The notes below the pieces were generated by a model. It ran no database searches and was not told where the DNA came from. It worked only from the letters and a program-made list of their open reading frames with translations. From positions 393,142,001 through 393,206,000 of the forward strand of contig CM097882.1 of the NCBI GenBank assembly GCA_044892505.1: DNA of 64,000 bases. The letters are read 5' to 3'. This stretch comes from Schmidtea nova (Eukaryota). Both the position numbers and the translations under genes were made by a program. Position 1 is the first letter of the stretch. Each line of letters opens with the position of its first letter. Positions 10,390 through 19,044 of the stretch are shown piece after piece.

Positions 10390-12354
10390 CTAGTTATCCT
10401 TTGCGAATAGGTTTTGAGCTGCTCTCTTGCGAATATGCGCTTGCTCGTTCTTGATGCGATCTTCCACTATATCTGGTCTATAACTGACCACCAATGTTTC
10501 GCGTGTTTCGACTTCCTTATATACCAAAGACGAAATCACGTATGATATTCCGTTGGCCTCCAATACGCCATAGTAAGGGAAGTTTGAAACCGATGATTGG
10601 TGTACCGGTTTCCCGTCGTATTCTTTTATCCGAGGTACCCAATTTCTCTCTGGTCGCTGCCAAAAACTAGGGTCTTCATTGTCCAAATCCTGGGGTGTCT
10701 TTGCTGAATTTCCCGTTCCAACGAAATCCCCTTCTCTTATAATAATAGGTTCGCCCTTAACCTCAGGAATCTGTTCCATATCGGGTGGAACGAATGCTGT
10801 TTCGATTAAATCTTTGTCTTCCGTCGAGAGGAGATTTGGTACTTTCTTTTTGATCTTTAGATCTTGTAACCTTACAACAGGTTCTTGACTTTTCTTCGGG
10901 GATGACTTTTCCACTGAAGTCAACTTTTGAAAAGTCTTAGTAACTTTTTCCAAGAGCTTGTTCTCTTTCTTTGGTGGATTTTCTGGCACGATCTTTGTAA
11001 TTGTACGGCTGTCTCCGTGTAAAGTTAAACGCATCTCTGTTTGCTCCTCACCCTCGCTTTCGCAGGTGGCATAATCGTCTTCATCAGCTAATGATATAGC
11101 TGGAGGGGATAGTGATTCTTCCTCAACTATCTTTTGTAATTTGGTTGATAATGGTTGTTCCTGGGGTAAGCTCTCAATAGCTTTCCTTTTACTCGTTTCT
11201 TGTGGCTGTATTGTATGAACCATTTTGACTTCTGATGTAATCGTCCCACTACGATTACCTGGGGTGATGTCATCTACCCAAACTTCTCTCAGTTTGAGGT
11301 AAATATTACGTGTCGTTTCCACGTCATTTTCCGTTTTCAGATCTGAACGGTTTAGTTCTTCCTTTTCGAGAATTGACTTTGATAAATACGCGAGTCGATA
11401 ATGTCCGTTAGATTTCTTTAGTTCTCTCGCTTCCAGACATTTTGCTGCTCCTAGTTCTCTAATTCCCAAAACTCGTTGAGGGTGTAACTGAACTGCTTCC
11501 AAGAAATCATTGACTTGGAGACCTATTAGGATTTTCCCATCACATAATTTTCTAATACGGTCTGCGCAATCCTCTCCGTCAAATTGTCCGATAATTTCTT
11601 TTTCGGTCATACCATGCGCGTGCGATTGGTAATGTTTGACCTGGTTTCTGGGTGTAACCACCGTGTTTAATATTAAATCACCACAGTAGTTTGCTATCGA
11701 AACAGCCACCAAAGCTGGCTTTAAATAATCTCGCAAAGTTGCGTAATGCGCTGCAATAAATATTGACAATCTATCTTCTTGATTGGGGTGCAGATTCATC
11801 CGAACAAAGGATTTGAATGACTTGAGATCGTTCTCATTCACATTATAGGTCCAGGCAGGTTCGTTTTTCCACAATGATTGCACTGCCTTGCTGGGTTCCA
11901 AAATCTCTAATACCACAATAGTATTATATCCGTCACATTGGATGGAGATATTCTTTTCTCTGCCATCTCCGTTACTAATTTCTAGAGTTGATTCTGGTTG
12001 AAGTAGGATGGGTCCTGTGGCTCCTGCCATGAAGATTGTAAAGGGTTTATTGATCGCGTGAATCAGGAGATGGTGAGTAAATGTTGATCTGTTAAATTCC
12101 GCCATGTGTTCAGTCAACCGGGTGTTCTCACGGCTGGTGATTGTGACTATGCACATTTGTCTCTTAGGCGATCCGAGAAACTTAAAATTGTTCGGGATGC
12201 CGGTGCAGTGCCCGTAATACCAATAGCGACGACCTTTCCGTGCTTCTGCGGATATCGCTTTTTCGATGTTTCGATAAATCAGTTTTTCCTTCTGTACTGT
12301 TTGCACATCGATAGTGCTATAACGCTGCTTGTATTGTGACACTTGATGCTTCAT
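10390..12354 (-). CDS. ORF3 of element 1: N-terminal conserved domain, REX4/ISG20-like DEDDh exonuclease-fold domain (catalytic residues altered), low-complexity linker and conserved C-terminal domain
   Basis: VSIANYCGDLILNTVVTP...HYQSHAHGM...RKLCDGKILIGLQVNDFL...RELG...YRLAYLSKSIL matches the REX4/ISG20 pattern. Start placed at ATG 12354 because a conserved splice acceptor sits just upstream (the ORF track starts at 12426). Confidence 0.75.
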   Translation of the reverse strand: MKHQVSQYKQRYSTIDVQTVQKEKLIYRNIEKAISAEARKGRRYWYYGHCTGIPNNFKFLGSPKRQMCIVTITSRENTRLTEHMAEFNRSTFTHHLLIHAINKPFTIFMAGATGPILLQPESTLEISNGDGREKNISIQCDGYNTIVVLEILEPSKAVQSLWKNEPAWTYNVNENDLKSFKSFVRMNLHPNQEDRLSIFIAAHYATLRDYLKPALVAVSIANYCGDLILNTVVTPRNQVKHYQSHAHGMTEKEIIGQFDGEDCADRIRKLCDGKILIGLQVNDFLEAVQLHPQRVLGIRELGAAKCLEARELKKSNGHYRLAYLSKSILEKEELNRSDLKTENDVETTRNIYLKLREVWVDDITPGNRSGTITSEVKMVHTIQPQETSKRKAIESLPQEQPLSTKLQKIVEEESLSPPAISLADEDDYATCESEGEEQTEMRLTLHGDSRTITKIVPENPPKKENKLLEKVTKTFQKLTSVEKSSPKKSQEPVVRLQDLKIKKKVPNLLSTEDKDLIETAFVPPDMEQIPEVKGEPIIIREGDFVGTGNSAKTPQDLDNEDPSFWQRPERNWVPRIKEYDGKPVHQSSVSNFPYYGVLEANGISYVISSLVYKEVETRETLVVSYRPDIVEDRIKNEQAHIRKRAAQNLFAKDN

Positions 12355-12540
12355 ATCTGAAAGAAAAATAATTAACGTTAATATCAGATATACTGATATG
12401 CCAATATTGGCTAAAAAGAAATGCATAAATCTCGATTTACGGGATCTACTTATGCTGTAAGTTAATGCTACTCGGAGCTCAACAAGATTATAGATTTTAA
12501 TATATATATAAATACAAATATGTGATTTTATCTGTAATTG

Positions 12541-15500
12541 TCATAATCTCGTCATCATAATCCCATCAACCGACTCAATAGCCTGGCTGAAGAATAATTT
12601 CATCCAAACTCCCATTGCTATCAATGTAGTGATCATAGCTAATACTGCTGACGTAATAATCCATACCCCAACGGGTAATTTTCCCAAGTGAGTAATGGGG
12701 TTTACTTCATTAATTTCACACTGACAACTTTTAATATAGCTTTCTGTTGATACTGTTGGTTTTACCATTTTCAATCCTTTCAATCTCTGCCATATTGCAG
12801 GATGAATGACGTAACTCTCTTTCCGTATTAAGGATGTAACCGATTTCGTTGTCGTCGATGATTGAGGTAATTTCAAAGAGATTACTTCATAAAATACCTC
12901 ATTCCATTCATCGACTCCGGGCTTTTGTTTATTATTCATATAAGTGATATGAGCTTCCCACTCCACTGAACTGTTCCACTTAAGATTTTGTTTCTCAATA
13001 TCTTCATTTAGCCACAATTCTTGTACTATTTCCTTGTCGGAATGGATTTCTATCTTTACTCTATCCACTCCTTGTTTTGGTTGGCTGAAGGTAATCATAC
13101 CTTGTTGGATATTTATCTTAACTTTCCTTTTGAAATCTGCTGTCTTCAACTTCCATTGTGACTTTGAAAAATCTGACCATCGTCCAAACATAAAATGTTG
13201 TACAAGTATATCTAATAAATATTCCTTTTCTGCTCGTAAGTCCTTTATGACTTTCACTCTTGTGTTTGAATCCAATGTAAAATGGAAACAACGTCGTTCA
13301 CAAAACGAGAACTTGAATTTGGTATCATTTTCAGCTAATGATATTATCCTAAATTCCTGGAAAGATCTTCTGAATGCGAGATCTTGGATTTGTACCGCTG
13401 TTGGAACAAATGTCTTTACACAGGATATAAGGCAACTTATTATTACCAAAAACGTAACTGATTTTGGCACGCCTCTTGATCGTAATGGATATCTGTCTGA
13501 GACTGGTTCTGACCCTTTATCCTCCTTTTTCTTAATCGGATCTTTCTCCGTGACCGCAACTTTCTTGCATCTGTTAGCATGTACCATTATTGGTTCAGCT
13601 TTTCTATTTGCTACTAATTGCAAGATTAAATTCGTGTCTGTGGTTCTCAAAACCTCATATGGTCCTTTGAAGTTTCTCATTAATTTAGGTGATAAGCCCT
13701 TTTTATTATAATGGCTTTCCAACATCACCTTGTCTCCAACTAACATGCCATGTCCTTTGGCTTTCTTATCATGATAATCTTTCGACGCTTCCTGACTGAA
13801 TTTTATACTAAGACCTGCTTTTGTCCATGCTTCTTGCATTCTTTCTCTCATTTCCATGAGATAATCCTCTTGGTCTAAATACTGCGTTGCTTTTGGGAAA
13901 AACAACAAGTCTATAGGCATTTTACTTTGCCTTAAATACATGAGATAGAACGGCGTTTGTCCCGTACCCTCATGAACAGCATTTCTGTATGCGAATAGGC
14001 ATGATGGAATATGTATATCCCAATCCGTTTGCCCTGAATTTACGTATGATGCTAGCATATTTGCGAGCGTTCCGTTAAATCTCTCTACCAATCCGTCTGT
14101 TTGTGGATGGTATGGAGAGGTATTCAGTTTTAAAATGTCGAAATAATCATTTATTCCTTTTAACAGATTACTCATGAAATCTGCTCCTCTATCTGTAAGT
14201 AGTTTTGTAGGTACTCCATACCTAAAAACAATTTGCTCTACGAAAATCCTGGCTATCGTATCTGCCTTGTGATTCGGTATCGGATAAGCCTCCGGCCATT
14301 TCGTCAAGTAATCGCAAAATACCAATATGTATTTGTTACCACTATTTGATTCTTTGAATGGCCCTAAAACATCCATTGCCGTCATTTCCATCGGTGTGGA
14401 TGGTACTGGCATTGGTTTCATTGGCACATGCGGTTTCTTCCCCGTATTTCTCCTGGTGATACAGATCTTACATGTCTGACACCATTCCTGTACGTCTTGT
14501 TTGATTGTCGGCCAGAAATATTTCTGCTTCAACCTTGACAATGTTTTCCTGGAAGACAAATGCCCTCCCAGTGCTCCATCATGATATTGTAACATCAAGG
14601 CTTCCCGATATTTCTTAGGGACCATTATGACATTATCCCTTACGTCTACATATTTGACTAATCCTTCTTCTAGAATAAATTTGTCTCGATTTTTCTCCCA
14701 ATATTTATTAAATTCCGTCGGTATGAACTTTGCTTCTAAAGCCTGTCTGATTTGGTTTATCTCTTCATCCGATTGTTGTGCTGCCATTAAATCCGCGAGT
14801 CTATTTGCTTCTCTTGTAAGTGCGAAGATTGTTCCTTCTAATCTTCCTTCTTTGATATCTTCTGCTTCATCACCTTGGTCCATTCGCGAAAATGCATCTG
14901 CATTCCCATTTTGATGTCCTTTTCGGTAATGTATTTCGATGTCATATGGCTGCAAGATCAATGCCCATCTAACCAACTTTGATGTATCCATAGTATGCTT
15001 TGTTAACCACTGTAATGGTCTATGATCCGTATACACAATGATCTTTCGACCCCATAAATATGTCCTGAATTGGTGTATAGCATACACAATTGCTAATGCT
15101 TCTAATTCGATAACTGCATAATTCTTTTCATGTGGTTTTAATCCTCTGCTAGCATACGCTATGGCATATTCGTCTCCTAGGTCATCTCTTTGACCTAACA
15201 CAGCACCAATACCCCGAGTGCTGGCATCTGTCATGACCAAAAATTGTTTCTCAAAATCTGGAAACCGTAATATAGGAGGTTCCACGAGCATCCTCTTTAG
15301 CATATCAAATGCTTCCTGTTGCTCTTTTCCCCATACAAATTTGACATTTTTGCCCTCTAATTGTGTTAAAGGAAATGCTATTGCCGAAAAGTTCCTGATG
15401 AACTTCCTGTAATATCCCACTAAGCCCAAAAACCCTTTTATATGTTTAACAGTCTTTGGCTCTGGAAAATTCTTTGCTTTCTCAACATTTGCTGGATCTG

Positions 15501-18500
15501 GCTTTACTCCATCCTTCGAGATAATGTGACCGACATAGACTACTTCTGATTCGGCCCATTTACATTTTGATGGTTTTACCTTGAGATTTGCGTTTATCAA
15601 CCTTTTGAATACGTCCTCTAAATGTTCTAAATGCTTTTCCAAATCTGGAGAGAATACTATGATGTCATCTATGTATACCATTGCATGATGAACATCCATT
15701 AACATTAGATTCATTGCTCTTTGAAACGTTGCCGGCGCTCCTGTGAGACCAAATGGCATTACTGTATATTCGAAATGTCCCAGGCTTGTAGAAAAAGCCG
15801 TAATTGGTATTGTCTCCTCTTTTAACTTGATTTGGTAAAATCCCTTCTGAGCATCCATCACTGAAAAATATTTTGAATTTCTCATACGACCGTAGATGTA
15901 ATCCAGTAATGGTAAGGGGTGACTATCCTTGCAAGTGGCTTCGTTTACCATTCGATAGTCGTTGCATAGTCGTACTGTTCCATCCTTTTTAGCCACTACT
16001 ATCATTGGTGACTGGTATGGTGATTTACTATGCCTGATGATGTTATGTTTTAACATCAGTTTTACCTGCTTATCGACAGGTTCTTCCAAGCTAAACGGAA
16101 TTCGATACGGTCTCAGTTTTATTGGTTTCGTATTGTTAAGAACAATTTCATGTTCCAACAAATTCGTCTTTCCCAGATCATATTCGTGCTTGGCGAATAC
16201 TTGATCATATTTTCTTAATAACATGTTGACTTGGATATTCTCTCTTCGTGAAAGAGCTTTACTATTTGCCGTTGGCGCATCATAGTACTCGATGTCTGGT
16301 TCTCTATTCTCTGCCTTCACTGTCAGGACAGATCCCCCAATCGATAATTGATCCGACTTTGATACTCTCCCTACTCTTGTATCTGGATACAATTTTAATG
16401 GTTTTATATCTAAATTGGCTACCCGAATTGGTATTCTGCCATTTTCAACTTTACCAACGCTATGCGTAATTGATAGATTATATTTTGCTGAGAACCTTTC
16501 ATCTGGTTCGAATACAACTTCTCCTTCCCACTGTTCGCTAGTGGACACGAAACATACTGTTTCTGCTCTGGGTGGTATTATCATTGTATGATCGATGAAA
16601 ACTGTATCATCATTATAAACTTTTCTTTTCTTACCGATTGATCTAACTAACAATCCGGTAGCACAATCGAACACAACTCCTTTTAATCTTCTTAAAAGAT
16701 CCATTCCTAGTAGACATTCTACTGGACAAGTTCTCATGACTATAATATCATGACGAAATTCTTGGTCACATAGCTTGATGTTACAAGCTAGAGTACCAAT
16801 AATATTCAATGATGTGCCTCTAGCACCTGTTAGCGAAACTCTTGAGGTTTCCATTGATTCCAATTCTTTTAGATTTAATAGTGTTGCCTCTATGATAGTG
16901 CCGTCTGCTCCTGAATCTATCACTGCATTAACTGTGTGTCTGTTTATTTTTATCTTTATCATGGGTTTCTTATCCAAGTTCACCCCATTTGCCATCAAAA
17001 TAGTAGCATGCGTTATCCCGATGGTATTTGCTCTGAATTTCTCTGCTTCATCTTGTTCGGTATCACTCAATTTTGGATTATATTCCTTGAATTTAGCTTT
17101 TATTGCTTCTAACGACTCGATAGGATACAGTTTCCCTTCATTTTCTAACGATAGTGATATGCTTTTACCTGTTTCTCGAGCATCTTTATCGCGAATTTGT
17201 TGATGTTTAGAAGTGTAAATTTTGTTTCTTGGAATGGTTAAAGCATAATTTAGTTTGCCCTCTCCTGATGTCTTTTGAAACTCTGGCGATTCCCCCTTTG
17301 GCGCTGTTGGTAAGCTTCTAAGATACGGCAATTGCATATATCTTGGGCTTCTTTTCAATCTAGGCGATGTTGTATTGATTGCAAATTTCTGGTCTGCACT
17401 ATCGTCTTCATCTTCTGAAATCATACTTTTGTCGAAAATCTGTTTTGTCGCTTCGTAAGGTGGTTGATAATCCCGATATTTCATTTTCCTTAATTGATGA
17501 TTCGGTTTTTTATTGTAGTTTCTTTTTCGACTTCTACTTTGCCTCTGAACTGTATTAAGAGAGTCTCCATTACCTCCTCCTTCCGAATTGTTATCGTCCC
17601 GATAACTTGTATTACCCTCCATTTCGATTCCAATAATCTCGTGTTTTACCAAGCTTCTCTGTTTGATTGTCTTTATTTCTTTACGATGATGTTTAAACAA
17701 TGCAAATTCCGCACACATAGGACACAATCCTAGTATCAACTTCCAAGACCATCCACCGATTTTGAATATGCTGTATGTGGAAATTAATTGTGTTATTATT
17801 AACTTTAGAATTACGAATATTGCATATATTCCTGAGCAGCCTGCCACGAAAATACCAAAATTGGTAAACCTTCCCCATATTTTCATCATCACATTTTTAG
17901 CTGCTTCTTTATAATGATCTGGACCGAATAATAAATTGTAATCTGGTCTCATTTCGTTTGCTTGGTAAATTGTTCTTATGATTTCAGTGATACATCTTTC
18001 TCTTACTTGAGGGAATAGCAATGTCTGTCTTGCCTCCTCAATATCTGCTGGAGTGTAAATTCCTCCTTGTGATAATTCATCGAGTGATTTAAATTCCATG
18101 TTTTCCTCGAGTTTCGTGACTTCCAATGTTTCCACCTTTCTATTAGATGGTTTTCTGTCAGGTAATGAGATCCATCTATCATTTACCTTGTATAACGGTG
18201 ATATTGCTGGATTGCAAATTGAAGGTTGAGGCTTTTGTTTTTCATCCAAAAGTCTCCTCGTAACTGGCATTACAAATCGTATTTTGTTTTGATATGACAC
18301 TGGTAATTCTAGAGTACATTCATTATACCGAGTTAATTGTACCTCTATGGGTTGACATTGATAGCTGTATATAGCTTCCCCCATAATTCTGCCAAACATT
18401 CCATCTTCTAGCAACATAGGTGTCACTAGATCCGGATTCACGATTGATATCGCTAATCGATTTCGAACTATTTCGCGATTTAGTTTGCAATCATTGAGTA

Positions 18501-19044
18501 TTACTTCCTGATACATTTCCTGCATTTGTCCTTGCAGATCATGATATAAATAATCTATTTTATTATTTATATAGTTCGTGATTTTGATATCCTGGCTGTG
18601 AATATTCTTGGCTTTTTGGATAAATGTTTTTGACAAATATAATCCTTTATAGTTGGTCTCATACACCACTTTTCCGCATTTTGTCTTCTTATCTTTTCTG
18701 ACAAATCTGATTGCATCTTTCTTATCTTCTGATACTAATACTAGAGGTGTGATTTCTTCACTAATATCCTCTTTTTGCTGTTTGTTGATCCTTTTCAACG
18801 TCTTTTCTTTATCCCAAATTCTTTCTCTTTTGGGTAAATCTCGATACTTTGTCCCGTTCAACTTATGGAAATTAATTTTCTTTAGTAATGACAATTCGCA
18901 ATGGTCTAGTATTTGATCGTATAATAATGTAATGACCCCTGTTCTGCAGCTTCCAAATTTCGCAAGGCACTGAGGGTGTGCCATTAATCTTCCTGATAAT
19001 ACATCGAAAGTCCCTTCGTATTCTCTTAATTCGATTGAATAGTC
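12541..19044 (-). CDS. pol: Second part of element 1 polyprotein: C-terminal part of glycoprotein, aspartic protease, RT, RNase H, integrase, second type I membrane protein
   Basis: VIDSGA (~16910), PYRIP/CNDYR/YIDD RT motifs, TDAS...ELEALAI...TDHRPL RNase H, H-x6-H...C-x2-C and D,D(35)E integrase with GPY motif. In frame with the upstream ORF across TAG 19045-19047. Confidence 0.95.
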   Translation of the reverse strand, partial: DYSIELREYEGTFDVLSGRLMAHPQCLAKFGSCRTGVITLLYDQILDHCELSLLKKINFHKLNGTKYRDLPKRERIWDKEKTLKRINKQQKEDISEEITPLVLVSEDKKDAIRFVRKDKKTKCGKVVYETNYKGLYLSKTFIQKAKNIHSQDIKITNYINNKIDYLYHDLQGQMQEMYQEVILNDCKLNREIVRNRLAISIVNPDLVTPMLLEDGMFGRIMGEAIYSYQCQPIEVQLTRYNECTLELPVSYQNKIRFVMPVTRRLLDEKQKPQPSICNPAISPLYKVNDRWISLPDRKPSNRKVETLEVTKLEENMEFKSLDELSQGGIYTPADIEEARQTLLFPQVRERCITEIIRTIYQANEMRPDYNLLFGPDHYKEAAKNVMMKIWGRFTNFGIFVAGCSGIYAIFVILKLIITQLISTYSIFKIGGWSWKLILGLCPMCAEFALFKHHRKEIKTIKQRSLVKHEIIGIEMEGNTSYRDDNNSEGGGNGDSLNTVQRQSRSRKRNYNKKPNHQLRKMKYRDYQPPYEATKQIFDKSMISEDEDDSADQKFAINTTSPRLKRSPRYMQLPYLRSLPTAPKGESPEFQKTSGEGKLNYALTIPRNKIYTSKHQQIRDKDARETGKSISLSLENEGKLYPIESLEAIKAKFKEYNPKLSDTEQDEAEKFRANTIGITHATILMANGVNLDKKPMIKIKINRHTVNAVIDSGADGTIIEATLLNLKELESMETSRVSLTGARGTSLNIIGTLACNIKLCDQEFRHDIIVMRTCPVECLLGMDLLRRLKGVVFDCATGLLVRSIGKKRKVYNDDTVFIDHTMIIPPRAETVCFVSTSEQWEGEVVFEPDERFSAKYNLSITHSVGKVENGRIPIRVANLDIKPLKLYPDTRVGRVSKSDQLSIGGSVLTVKAENREPDIEYYDAPTANSKALSRRENIQVNMLLRKYDQVFAKHEYDLGKTNLLEHEIVLNNTKPIKLRPYRIPFSLEEPVDKQVKLMLKHNIIRHSKSPYQSPMIVVAKKDGTVRLCNDYRMVNEATCKDSHPLPLLDYIYGRMRNSKYFSVMDAQKGFYQIKLKEETIPITAFSTSLGHFEYTVMPFGLTGAPATFQRAMNLMLMDVHHAMVYIDDIIVFSPDLEKHLEHLEDVFKRLINANLKVKPSKCKWAESEVVYVGHIISKDGVKPDPANVEKAKNFPEPKTVKHIKGFLGLVGYYRKFIRNFSAIAFPLTQLEGKNVKFVWGKEQQEAFDMLKRMLVEPPILRFPDFEKQFLVMTDASTRGIGAVLGQRDDLGDEYAIAYASRGLKPHEKNYAVIELEALAIVYAIHQFRTYLWGRKIIVYTDHRPLQWLTKHTMDTSKLVRWALILQPYDIEIHYRKGHQNGNADAFSRMDQGDEAEDIKEGRLEGTIFALTREANRLADLMAAQQSDEEINQIRQALEAKFIPTEFNKYWEKNRDKFILEEGLVKYVDVRDNVIMVPKKYREALMLQYHDGALGGHLSSRKTLSRLKQKYFWPTIKQDVQEWCQTCKICITRRNTGKKPHVPMKPMPVPSTPMEMTAMDVLGPFKESNSGNKYILVFCDYLTKWPEAYPIPNHKADTIARIFVEQIVFRYGVPTKLLTDRGADFMSNLLKGINDYFDILKLNTSPYHPQTDGLVERFNGTLANMLASYVNSGQTDWDIHIPSCLFAYRNAVHEGTGQTPFYLMYLRQSKMPIDLLFFPKATQYLDQEDYLMEMRERMQEAWTKAGLSIKFSQEASKDYHDKKAKGHGMLVGDKVMLESHYNKKGLSPKLMRNFKGPYEVLRTTDTNLILQLVANRKAEPIMVHANRCKKVAVTEKDPIKKKEDKGSEPVSDRYPLRSRGVPKSVTFLVIISCLISCVKTFVPTAVQIQDLAFRRSFQEFRIISLAENDTKFKFSFCERRCFHFTLDSNTRVKVIKDLRAEKEYLLDILVQHFMFGRWSDFSKSQWKLKTADFKRKVKINIQQGMITFSQPKQGVDRVKIEIHSDKEIVQELWLNEDIEKQNLKWNSSVEWEAHITYMNNKQKPGVDEWNEVFYEVISLKLPQSSTTTKSVTSLIRKESYVIHPAIWQRLKGLKMVKPTVSTESYIKSCQCEINEVNPITHLGKLPVGVWIITSAVLAMITTLIAMGVWMKLFFSQAIESVDGIMMTRL

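Noticed and set aside
12355-12426. N-terminal signal/TM segment of ORF3 (MHFFLANIGISVYLILTLIIFLS)
   Set aside because: It overlaps the conserved polypyrimidine tract and acceptor and is not conserved as protein in element 2.
13034-17733. Plus-strand ORFs antisense to the polyprotein (e.g. 13034-13711, 16775-17203)
   Set aside because: Shadow frames of a long coding sequence with no recognisable motifs.
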